Source: Felis catus
Taxonomy: Eukaryota
DNA: 64,000 nucleotides
Reading direction: 5' to 3'
Assembly: GCF_018350175.1 (NCBI RefSeq)
Contig: NC_058368.1
Coordinates: forward strand, 192,388,001-192,452,000
Below are positions 34,101 to 47,000 of the stretch, piece by piece. Each line of letters begins with the position of its first letter. Positions within the stretch are counted from its first letter, which is position 1. The translations under genes were made by a program, and so were the position numbers. Under the pieces are notes generated by a model, which ran no database searches, was not told the origin of the DNA, and was given only the letters and a program-made list of their open reading frames with translations.

Positions 34101-37100
34101 AAAAAGCAGGGACTTTGTATAGTTTCTGCTATGGGGCACAGGAGAGCTGAACAGAGCATAAACCACCCATCCAGGTAAACTACCCTTCCTTACCCTTGCT
34201 GACCAGGGCTAATCGGCTTTAAGATACTTCCTCATGCACCACGGTGTCTAAGTCTCAGTCTGAGGTAGGAAGATGCAGTTCTCCCCAGAGCAAGCTTCCT
34301 GACTTGTCCCAAGAATATCAACTTGTTTTTTGAGATCCCAGCCCTATGTTCCGACCAGCCTATTGTGTCACCTGACCATTAGGAACTTGGGTATGGAGGG
34401 GTCTGTGTGCAAGGCACTAGGGAAGCAGTGGTGAACAAGACCGTCTCTATGCTCTCAGGGTTCAATTTATACAAGGGCTTTAATGTGAAACTCCACATGT
34501 GACTGCTTGATCTTGACTGCCTGGGATGCTGTATCGAGGATCCTCAGGTAGTAAATGGGCTCAAGAAAAGCCTAGGATCAATTAGCAAGTCTCCCAGAAA
34601 TGTCATTTGGTAATGACTAAAAAAATGCTCTTCTTCTTAACAACTATATATGACACACACTATGCACTGTGGATATAGAAAGTAGGTAAGATTACCAAGG
34701 ACCCAGCCCATGAAACTAGTAGCTGACGTTTAGAGCTGACATGGGTGTGGTGGGCTCAACATGCTTTCAGTCCAAAAGCCACTGGGTCCTCACCTCCGAA
34801 AAGATCTGCAACCCTTAGGCATGGGCTCTTCTAGAGGAATTAAGGCAAGCCCCAGGAAGAACAAAAAGCAGAAACACAAGTGAGAATTAAGGAATGGGTG
34901 CCTCTGTGGAAAGAGCACTGGGCTGGGAGTCAGGAAAACTGCCTACTTCACCCCCAGCAGCAGGGTGGTGCAATGGTTAAGAGCCTAGGCTCCAGGGGCA
35001 CCTGGGTGGTTCAGTCGGTCCAACTCTTGATTCGGCTTAGGTCATGACCTCACTGTTTGTGGGACTGAGCCCTGATCGGGCTCTGTGCTGACAACGCAGA
35101 GCCTGCTTGGGATTCTTGCTTTCCACCCCTCCTCTGGTCGTGCCCGCTCACTCTCAAAATAAATAAATAAACTTAAAAAAAAAAAAAAAGAGCCTGGACT
35201 CCAGCAGCTCTTCTACCTTGGTAATTCTGGGTTTCTGTAAATGGGAATAGTTTCTAACCTAATGGGACCGTGAGGACTGAATGAGTTGATATTTGTTAAG
35301 TGCTTGGAAACGTGCCTAGCACATGGTAAGCATTCAATATTTGTTTTTTTAGCTATTATCCTGGAAGTTTAGAGGTATCTCTGTGTATCCGAGCAGGCTT
35401 CATCACTGGTTTGTCTCACAAAACGGGCCTGTACAACTTTAATTTTTTATTTTTCATAAAGGAATTCTCCCCATGAATTCAATAAAATTCACTGCAGAGG
35501 ATTTTTTTAAAAGGCCACCAACAAATTTTTCTACCCCACCCCAAGCTCAGTTTCTGAGGTGAGCTTCCTATTAGGTATCTAGTTCTGGAAGTTTGCTCAG
35601 TGCCCCCACCCTTCCCAGAACCATGCTTTATGCTCTAGCTTAAAGAGCTCATCAGTAAAGCAGAGTAGAAGGGTGGGCCTATTTTCAGGAAATTTAGAGC
35701 ATTTCTGGGCAACACCTCCTCCATTTGGGCACGCCTTCCTGGCCTTCTGAGGGCTCAGGGTGTGTCATCCGCTGGCCCATGTGGGGGAGGGAAGCCAACT
35801 GGAGGCTAGTCAGCTGGAGCCCCAGGAGCCCCAGCATGTGCTTGTCAGCCCTAGAGGCTGGTGCTGCCAGACCTCATCCTCTCCTCATCCACACTCTTGC
35901 AGCACTGACAGTGCAAAGGGCTCCTGTTTCTCCTTCCCTGAAAAGAACAAGGCAGAATGAAAAAAGACCCAGCACGGGCATCATGATTCCCTTAGTGCCA
36001 AGTGGGAGACTCTGGCCAAGACACAGCCTCAGTTTTCTATAAAAGGAGAAGCCAGATGGCTTCCAGAGCCCCTTTGGATTCTGGCCTTCCTCAAGTCTAC
36101 AATCTCCAAAGAGCTGCTACCTCAGAGGGGCAATGGCAGTGATGATGCAAATCAGGGGGTGGGATAGAGAAGGCTTGGAATGGCAGAGAACATTCCAGAG
36201 AACTCCCAAGCCTAGCTGCAGCCAATGGGGAACTTCAGCAGCCTCTCCACTCTCAGCCAGTAGTCCAGCATTCCCAGGCTGCCACTGCCCGCACACTCCT
36301 TTCCCCATGCCTGGCCAGAGGGCCTCCGGCTCCATGGACAAACTGCTGTGCTCACAGCTCCGGGAAAGATTGACGAGAGTCCCGCATCTTTAAGAGGGGG
36401 CCAACGACCACCCACCTCAAGGGCACTTGTGAAATATGAATAAAGAAGTGTTTACACATAAAGTCTTCTGAAGTCTTAAGGGCTATCCCAAATGCAGTAC
36501 CAGTCCTTTCAATCCAAGGACTTGATGAAGAAGACTAGACCCTAGGATAAATAAATGGATGGTGGCTCAGAAACCTCAGCTTTGGTAGCTGCCATCTTGG
36601 ACAGTATCCTACCTCAGGCAATAGAGCTCCCAAAGGAGTACAAACGAAGCCATCTCCTCGTTCCCTGGAGCAAGCCCCTCCCAGCCTGTGGAGATTTGGC
36701 TCAGTGCTCCTGGGTGTCACAATAAAAGGGGAGAAGGCCAGCCTCCCTGGATCCTCAAAACCTTAATCATCGGGGCGGTGGGGGGGGGGGGGGGGGGGAG
36801 GGCGCCTGGGTGGCTCAGTCGGTTGAGCGTTTGACTCTTGATTTCGGTTCAGGTCATGATCTCAGGGGTTCATGAGTTCAAGCCCCGCATTAGACTGTGC
36901 GGACAGTGAGGAGGCTGCTTAGGATTCTCTCTGCCTCTCCAGGGCACATGCTCTCAAAATAAATAAATAAATAAACTAAACAAAACGAAAAACCTTCAGC
37001 TAATCCCCTTTACCTGAGAGCTAATCCAAGGTCTGTTGCTCATCCCCAGCCCTCCTACAAAGGGAACGGGGTGGCCAGTGGCATGTAAGTGATACACTTA

Positions 37101-37139
37101 GAAGGGAGCCCCATTTTACAGTCTGAAAAACTAAAGCAC

Positions 37140-37171
<32 letters not shown>

Positions 37172-37984
37172 GTGGGGGTGGGGTGGGGAATGAAACCAGG
37201 CTCCTAAACATCTCAGACCTGCCAAGGAATGAGGTTCCTGCCACCCAAGTGGCCTGGTGTGAAGCAGGTACATCCTTGCAATAGCATCACGGGGGCAGGG
37301 TGATTTGACAAACTAATCAATTATTTACAGATTTCTAAGTCCCAACCTCATCCAGGTCAAACCATACCCCTCTCTGCACCTACTGTGGCCTAGGTGCTCT
37401 TTTCTCCACTGCTGACCAGCCTCCACTGGGGATGTACTGTGGGCTTGGGAGCACCCCAGAACAAACCCAAGTGAAAGTCTCTGCCCACCCCACACGGGTT
37501 TTCTTTTCGTAATCTGGCTGGTTGCAAATACAAGCAGTTAAGCTGTTGGAGGGCAGAGGAGTGTGGTGGAAAGAGCACTGACCTGGGCATCAGTGTGCTT
37601 GTGTCTGAAACACTGCATCCCTGCATGACCGCCTCAGTCAGTAGCTTCCCCGATGTGGGCCTGCTTTCGTCAGCAAAGTGCGTGGTGTGTGCAGACATAT
37701 GCACGTGGTACGTGTGATTTCTGGACTGGGCTCAGTGCTCTCAGATCAACTCCAGGCGCCTGCAGGGGGCAGCGAAGGAGTGGAGGCTTCAGAGGCGGAA
37801 GAGCTGGGGTGTGTGTGCCTGCCATCTCCTCAACCTCCATCATCCGGAAAATGTTCTTTTATTATCAAGGGTTGCTTTGAGGATTATAAGCAGTTAAGTG
37901 CCCTTGAAAGCCTATGTTTCTAAGTGGGGTGGGAGGGAGAATCCAGCTCATGAGATAGTATGATCCCATTTTTTAAAAAGGCTT

Positions 37985-38061
<77 letters not shown>

Positions 38062-41000
38062 ATGTATCACTCCATCAAAATATAGAAACGTGCTTTCCAA
38101 TACAACAGTCGCTAGCCACATGTGGATACTAGCACTTGTTATGTGACTAGTCCAAATTGAAAAGTGTTTTGCGTGTAAAAGACCCACCAGATTTCAAAGA
38201 CTTAGTACAAAGAATATGAAATAGTTCACTAATAATTTTTATGTTCATTGTATGTTGAAATGATAATCTCTTATGTTGGGTTATATCATTTAAATTGTCA
38301 CCTGTCTTTACTTTTCTAAAATAGGACTACTAAAAAATTTAAAATTATATATACAGCTTGTGTTGTATTTCTATTAGGCAACACCGGTCTTAAAGGATGT
38401 GGTTGCTTAGTAGTGTTTATGGTGGCTCGTGGACATTTTTCTACAATGAATTGGTGTTGCCTGAATAAGCTAAAAAGATTTTCCCTTTGAAAGAAGTTAA
38501 AAGGCCCAACACATAATAGCAGTTCCCATCCCCTTTGGGAAGAGCCAGAGAGCCTCCCGGTGCCAGTAGAGGGCCGCCTCCCACCCCCCAATGGGCCCAG
38601 AGGCCATGCCTGAGAAACCACAAGGTCAGCAGGGCCCTTTCCAGCAGGCTGCATGTGGCCTGACAGAGCTGAAGAGGAACCTCTCTGGGGGAAGAGGGGC
38701 CAGGGCTCCTCTGCAAGATCAGAAGTTCCAGGGCCTGGCTCACACCCACTAAAGGTGGCCAGGGGGCAGAACTGGGAACTCCAGGCTGGGCCACTAGAGT
38801 CCCGAAGAGATTCTTGCTACCTGAAGATTTGTGTGGTCCTCCCTCTCCCAGAAACACTTTTCCAGGTGAAGTATGTATACTTCTGTGGTCTGGAAGAACG
38901 CAAAGTCAGATGCTAAGTACTACAGAACTGTGGAGTCAGTCTGCCATGGGCTGGAATCCTAGCTATGTATAAAACACTGCGTGGCCTTAAGCAAATTACT
39001 GAACCTCTGTGAACTCTTCTGTTTTCTCATCTGTAAAACGAGGATTATAACTCCAGATCCCACAGCACTGTGGAAATGAACCTAGATAATGAATGAGATG
39101 GTGTGGTGGCTCACAAGTTTGATAATCGTGTCAGGAGTGGGGAGTCTGGGGCAGTCTGGCCTGGCTCCCTGGCCCATCTGTCCTCGAGGCAAGCTACTTA
39201 TGAGGCAGATTCTAGGACATCTGGCTAAGCCCAGGGACATGATAAAGGCACATCAGTGACAGACGAGCAAAGCATTCATAACCACAGGACCCAATCCCTT
39301 TTTACAAGTCAAGAAATGAAGGTCCAGCCAGGAGAAACAAGACAGCAGGGCTGAAAACAGAACTTGGACCCACAGACTTTGCTCTGACCCCACCCTGAAG
39401 ATCTTACCTGAAACAAGAAAGCCACTGCAGTTTCTGACAAGAACTCGGAACAGAAAACTGTGACACTGAGAGCTCGTGTCGGGCTTGTTCCCCATCCCCA
39501 GGCCCTGCCACCCCTGCCCCAGAGCTCCTGATGGTGCCCCCATGCCATTCCCCCACACTCTCACTCCACCTCCACCCTGGGGCATGGAGCCTGAGACAGG
39601 CGTGGGGGTGGGTGGGGTGGGGAGCCGCCAAGCATGGCAACACCAACACCCCTCCCGGCCCTGCGGCCCTGCAACCCAGAGACCCAGAACCAGGGGAATG
39701 ACCTCTGCCTGCCTCAGGCCATCCTCTTCTTATTAATGGGCACAATACAACAATAATTTGCCTTTTGGACAGACGAGAGGAAGTAAGAAACAGCAATCAG
39801 AAAACTTCCTCTTTAAAGTAGGCTAAGCTCGAAGGAAAACAGTAAAGTAAAAAAAAAAAAAAAAAAATCAGGCCCGGTCACCATGCCATCCTCCATGCCT
39901 TTCCACCTCTTCCCTGGACTTCTGTAGAAGTCTCCAAGCAGTCTCCCAGCTTCCGATCTGGCCTCTCCCTGCCCACATCCCCCCCCCCCCCCCAATCAGT
40001 CCATTCTGCATAAAACAAAGTAACCCTCAGGCAGAAATTGTATCATGCTACCTCTCTCAATGCTTTCAGAACAGGATCCAAACTCCCTAAGCTGGCCTCC
40101 CCAGGCCTCTTGCTTCTGAGTTTTTGAGCCTCTAACCTGTCATCCACACAGGCCTCTTGGTCCTTTCCTTGGAGAACTCTGAACTCATTACCACCTAGTA
40201 CTTGGCTGTTCCTCCAGGCAAGAATACCCACACCAAGCTATCAATCCCATCTTGGCTCACTCACCCTTACAGGCATTCCCTGATGTGGAGTTTGAAGCTG
40301 TCCTCAGTCACACATCCCCAACACTTCTCTAGCACACTGCCTTACTCTGTTTCTTTCACGGCCCTTACCGCTACCAGAAGCTGCCATGTAGTATTAAAGA
40401 TGGGTGCAAACTGACACTCCTCCCACTGAAAGGCCAGGCCCATGACCCCTTCTCTTCATTCCCAGCAGGATCCGTAACCTGTATCCTCACGCCACGGTAA
40501 AAGTGACGTTGTGCTAGTGCTCAGGTCTGGGACCTCAGAATACTGACATCTACTTCCTGTCTCTTGGAAAGCTCTGTCTGGGAGCACAAGCCACTGCACA
40601 GTAAGTCCTACTGCTCTGAAACCAGCACATTGGAGAGGGCACCTGAGAGCCCTCCACTTCCAGCTAAACTCAGACTTCCAGCCATCCCTGCCTCGGCACC
40701 AAAAATGCTAGCGAAGCTTGGTGGGCCCTCCAGACCAGGACACCCACTACTCTAACACTGCCATACAGAAAAGAACCACCTGGCTGAGCCCTATCCTAAT
40801 CCCAACCTACACACAAATCGAGGAACAAAATGGTTGTTTTTTTATGTTACCAAGTTTGGGGTGACTGGGTAGGCAGCAAGAGATAGCAAGAACCACCCCG
40901 TTGGTTTACTATGTCTCCCCACTAGAATGTAAATTATGAAGGCAGCTCCCTTCTGTCTTGTTCCCATCAGTATTGCCCTGGTCTAACACTCAGTAGGTTA

Positions 41001-44000
41001 CTCAAATAAACGTGTTAAATGAATGATTTTCACTTTGGTGGTAGCCAACTTAGTTCCTTTCACACAAAAGAAGGTTAGGCTCAAGCCCTAGTGTTTTTCT
41101 TGACTAGCCTGATGATTCTGAATACTCAGTCTCTTGAGATGGGCCAGCTTCTTTTCCACTGAGCCAGTTAATACTTTGACCCCAGCCTCCACCAGACTTT
41201 GGTTCTAAATCTCAGGGCCAGAGCAGGAGCTCTCAGTAACAACCCGGTGTAACCAGGTACGAGATGGCGAATCTTCTCAAGAACACTTCTGTCACCAGAT
41301 GCGCCACTACCGTGGTTTTTTTTGGTATGTATTTTTTAAAGTTTATTCATTTATTTTGAGAGAGAGAGAATGAGAGAGCGCATGAGCAGGACGGGGGCAG
41401 AGAGAGAGAGGGAGAGAGAGAGAGAGAGGGAGGGAGAGAGAGAATCCCAAGCAGGCTCCACACACCATCAGTGCAGAGCCCGACGTGGGGCTCGAACTCA
41501 CAAACCATGAGATCAAGACCTGAGCTGAAGTCAGATGCTTAACTGACTGAGACACCAAGGCATCACCACTGTTTACACACTGCTATGAATACTCACAACC
41601 TTCTGGGGCAGCTCATCTTAGCCCAGCATTTTCCAGAAGCCTAAGGCAGAATGCCTCATGTCTAGGCAGAAAAATCCCACAGCCCTGCCCAAGCTCTCAG
41701 GATTAACACTAAAGCAGGTCCAATCAGGTGAGGGAAAGCAATTCCCTTTAGAGGAAATCTTTCTCAACACACTGTAGTCTTCATCTCCAAATTGATATAT
41801 CGAACATAACCCTAGCAGGAAAGGACCTTGAAAAGGTCTTCAGGCTTAACCACTTTCATTTACAGAAGAGGAAAAGGAAATCCAAAGAGGTTCATCAGTA
41901 AGTTGCCCTAAGTGTTTTAGCAAGTAAGTGAGCCAAACAGCTGGGACTAGAAGGCTGGTCTCCAGTTTCCTGCCCAGAGTTCTCTATTCTACTCTATTCT
42001 ACCCCTACTACAGCGCTCACACCGAAAATGGTATGAGAAGCAGGCCTGCCTTGGTGAAGACTCTCTCCAGTGTCTCTGCCCCCAGCGAGAATTCAATGCA
42101 CCAATGACACACCAATGATTCGAAGCCAGGATCTTTTTCCTTTTCCATCTGAGACCTAGAAATATCTGCCTGAGCTGCTCCCACACCTACACAGTGTTTG
42201 AGCTGGAAGAGACCTTAGAGATTGAGATTAGATTCCGTATCTATTTTACAGATGGAGGAAAGTGAAGGCTCAATGGGACCTAACATAAGCCAGTTTCCCC
42301 ATCCCTTAGCCCTCAGACAGCTTTCTATCACTGCTCTGGAACATCAGGACACAATACCCAGTGGTGTCCTGGGTACAGAGTCCTCCTCTAGGGCCTCCAA
42401 TTTCTGCCCTAGGCCTTAAAGTCTTCTCTACCTTCTCCTCTCAAACTCTTCTCCCATAAGGATGTTCTTCAATTTGCGGGCTGGACAGACTACTATTCTC
42501 TCTACTTTGTATGATGAAACATACAAAGTCCGGGCCCACAGGCTGCATGCTGGTGTCCTTGTCTAAAGTGGAGTAGGTACTGCCACTGGACAGCAGTCAT
42601 AAAGGAACAAAGGTTCAGTATGGCTAGATCTTCTCATTTATTTCTATAACAGCTTATTTTTTTTTAAGTTTTTTTATTTATTGGGCGGGGGGGGGGGGGG
42701 GGGGGGGGCAGGAGATGCAGGCTTGCCCGTGCACCAGCAGGGTAGGGTGGAGAGAGAGGATCCCAAACAGGCTCTGCACTGTCAGCGCAGAGCACAGAGC
42801 CTGATTCGGGGCTTGACCTCACAAACTGTGAGATCATGACCTGAGCCAAAACCAACTGAGCCACCCAGGTGTCCCATAACAGCTTTACTGATGTAATTCA
42901 CATGCCACGTTATTCATCTATCTAAAGTACAAACAAAATTCAATGGGTTTTCTTTGTTCCTTTGCATGTGGAGTCTACTCTCTTGAAGAGAAGCTCCAAA
43001 TTTCTAGGTTTCCAGATATATTTTCTTGATTTTAAAATATAGGTGATTAAACTTTTTAAAACACAAGACTAATCAAAACCTGTCAGTAGGCTGGATTGGG
43101 CCTGAGGACATAAGGTAAGGAATGCCCATTGAAAATGACAGCCCCTGAATTGTCTACCCATGGATTTCAGGGCCTGACACCTATAAGTACTCAAAAACTT
43201 CTGAATGAACAATTCTGGGCAAGTACTTTGCAAATTTGCAGCTGCAGAGAGAGCCCTACAGCACATTACCATCCAACCTGTTTAAATATTATCACCACAT
43301 CAAGAAACTCAGTACCTCCTATGGCAGCTGATTCCACATGGGGGCACTGCTGGAAGTTATTACTTGACCCTCTACCTCCCACCTGCCATCAGAGCTCTAC
43401 CCATAGGGCCACAGGAAGTAGGTCTATTCAAATGCTGTATTTCAGAACCGCCAGCATTTCCACCCACCCCAAGCTCTGATTCTTTGGGAAAAATAATCCT
43501 AGCTCCTTCAACCATTCCCTCCTCACAGAAAGGTGCATGCATCCCAGTGAGCTGCCTCCTCTGTGTGTTCCTGATTTCCTGTCTCCCTCCCACATTCCCT
43601 AGCAGCAGCATCCGGCTTCCCACACCCAACTCTGCTCTCACCGCATCCAAACTCTACCCCTACACTCAGCTCCACTTCGGAGAAAACCTAAGCCAGGCTA
43701 TTCCATGCACATAATTGGTATCTCTTCCTCATGCTGCTGTTAATACATATACAGAGAACAGGAAAAGCAGAGGCCTCCACTCCCCCATTCACCCCTAAAG
43801 CTGGAGAAAGCCATCAAAGACAGAGTAGGGGGCGGGATTTCACTGCAAACCACATGAGTCCATTTTTTTGACATTCTACTGCTAGTGCATTCCTAAGCAC
43901 CACAATGTGGGCTTCTTGCTACAGGATTATAACCCCCACTGACTCCTTGATTCCCCCTCTACCAGAATTGCCTGAAACCCCAAGACAGGGTCTGAAGAGC

Positions 44001-47000
44001 TGGCTCTAAGAAATAGCATGGGCTGTCTTCCCATGTATGCTCAGGGCCCAACAGAAGGGATCAAGGGGCAAAGGATCCAGGAAGACAGAGAAAGGCTGGC
44101 TTTGGCACCTGACTTCTGTTTCCAGAAGACAACTTAGGTCAAAACCAAGTCCTCAACACTCTCAGAACTATCACTTCTTATTATCTGCCAGGCTCCGGCT
44201 AAGCTCTCATGTTCACCTACCCCATTTCAGCAAAGACTCCAGCACATGAGGACTCTAGATATAACACCACTGACTGAAGCCTAAAAGTTACCAACCTGTC
44301 TAAGGACACCCAGTTGCTAAGCAGCTGGGGCTAACGCAAACTGCGCTTGACGGACTCCCAAGGCTCCGTTCAACCACCCCATTCTACTTCTTCCTCCAGA
44401 GGTGGAGTGAAAACTGAACCGGAGTGGGAGCCAAGAGGCTTGGGTTCAAGTCTCTGCCTTTCTCTGAACTGTGATTTTGAGCAACTCCTACTTCCTTTCT
44501 AGGCCTGAGGTATACAGCCTGTAAACGAAGGGTTTAGATTCAATGACTTCTGGGGTTCCTTCCAGCTCTACATACTCCTTCCTCTCACAAAAAAAGGAAA
44601 GGAAATCCCAGCCCCTGAGAGCACAGCAATGGGGACAGAGCTGACAACTGGACACTGGGCTGGGTGAGCATCCTCAGGGACTCACTACAGCAGCCTATCT
44701 GTGGGCAAATGCAGACCCACTACTCCCAGCACAAGTCTAAAAACAGCTGAATTAAGCTGAAGGGAGGTGCCTCTAAAGGAAAGAAACTTCGTGCTTGTGG
44801 CTATCTGTGGAAAAGCCTGCAGAGCGGCTGACAGCAGGCGGCCTAAGCCTAGGAAGTCCTGCGGCATGGGCGCCTCCCCTGGTGGGGATGGGAGTTGCCA
44901 CGCCACCTGCAAGCCTGTCCCCTGCCACTACTTCCGGTGCTTCCTCCTCTTTCTGCTTCTCCTGCTGCATCAGTGTCAAGCGGGCTGGTGGCTCTAAGCT
45001 CAAGCATGAGCTCAGCTTAGGCCAGTACATCAGAAACTGTGCTTCTTCCGACAACTGAGATGCATTCCAGTAGTGCGGCCTTCTGAAAGGTCAGAGAAAT
45101 CCCATAAACTGGAGCTGCTTGCTCCCTACGCCTAAAGGATGACAGCTGATAATTGCCCAACAGTTAAGGAACGACTTGAGAATCTGCTCCCTTTTGTAAT
45201 CTGGGAACCTTGCCCCAAAAGATCAGGCAGGAAACCCCAAACCATCTATTCTTAAGAGGTTCTCATGTGGCCAGAGTAATCTTTCAAAAAAGAATCTGAC
45301 CATGCCACTCTCTCATTTAAAATCTTTGATGACTTTCCAGGGCGCCTGGGTGGCTCAGTCGGTTGAGCATCAGACTTTGTCTCAGGTCATGATCTCACAG
45401 CTGTGTTCGAGTCCCATGTCAGGCTCTGTGCCGACAGCTCAGAGCCTGGAGCCTGCTTGGGATTCTGTGTCTCTGTCTCTCTCTGCACCTCTCATGCTTG
45501 TGCGTGCTCTCTCAAGAATAAACAAACAGTAAAAAAATAAAAATAAACTGTTCTCTGGTTCCTATAAAAAATAAAACAAACATTTAATGGCTTTCCACTG
45601 CCTTCCAGTTAAAATCACAATTTATCTAAATCATCTACAGTACAGCCACAGGGAATTTACTCAATTCCCTGAACCCCAGGGCCTTTGCTCCACCAGGAAT
45701 GAGCTTTCTTTCTAGTCTTTTTCTCAAATAACTCCTATCTATCCTTCCCATTTCAAGCGATTTAGCCACTGCTTCCTCCAGAAAGAATTCTCTGACCTTG
45801 ATTGACTTGGGTGCCCCTGCTACACTCCCAGAGAATCTCACCACCTTCTTACACAGCACCTTCCATACTGGATTGTGAGTGCATGTGCTTCTCTCCCAGC
45901 ACAGATTTGTTATTCACCACGGCATCTTCTCTACCAAACTCAAAATGTGCTGTGAGGCTGTCAAAGTAAGAGATTCATCCATTCATTCACTAATTAAATG
46001 TTCCCTGAGCTGCCTACTATGTGCCAGTCATGTTGTAGACGCAGGGATAAGCAGTAGCCAAATATCCAAGTCCCTGACTCAATGGTGATTAAGGGTTTAA
46101 AAAGAAAAACGAAGCAGGGTAGGAAGGATAGGGATACAGAGTACGGGATGGAGGCCTGCTGTTTTATACAGGGTGGTCTGGGAAGGCCTCTCCATCACAG
46201 TGTTACTTGAACAGGAACCTGAAAAGAGTGACGGTGGGAGCCATGTGGCTGAGGAAAGAGCATTCCAGAACTAAAGCCCTAAAGCAGAGAGTAAGTACAC
46301 AACCTACTCTAGGAAAAGCAAGGTGCAATGCTGTTGGAAGGGAAAAGTGGCAAAAGATAAGGTTAGAGCACTGGGCGGGGGGGGGGGTGGGGGGGTGGGG
46401 GGGTGGAGATGGGTGGTGTGGGAAGCCACATCAAGTGGAGTCTGAGAGGATGAACTCAAAGGACTTGGAATTTTATTCCACGATGAGAGGCCATGAGAGG
46501 ATCTTGAGCAAGAGTGACAGGAGACCAGGTAAGAGACCACTGCAGCAATCTAGGTGAGAAGCAATGTCGTATGGATCAGGCTCGCAAAAAAAGAGGTGGT
46601 AAGAAGTGTTTAGCTATGGATCCAGTTTTTAGGAGCCAAAAGGATGTACTGGTAAATTAAACAGGTTGAAAGGATGACCCCAAGACTCTCAATCCTAGCA
46701 ATTAGGAGGATAGTTCCATACTAACTTCTGAATCTCACTTTCCTCATCTGTGAAGCTGGGATAAAAAAGATAACCTGTTTGGCAGATGACAGGGGCTAGA
46801 ACATGTCAGGTCCCCAGTAAGTGGGGACTATGGTATCACTATTAACGATCTTGCGATCACCAGGAGCTTAACTAAGCCGGCGAAAAGGAGAGCAAAAACC
46901 ATACAGAGCCCAGGTGGACCATTCATCCAGAAGGTTCCTGGCTATGGGGGGACTTCAGTTCCTCTGAGAGGGTTGCAACTTCATTTTCAAGTACAGAAGA

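Noticed and set aside
44773..45054. 93-aa minus-strand ORF (…[17 protein letters not shown]…) as an alternative coding first exon
   Set aside because: It terminates about 90 nt before the nearest good donor and cannot be joined in frame to exon 2.
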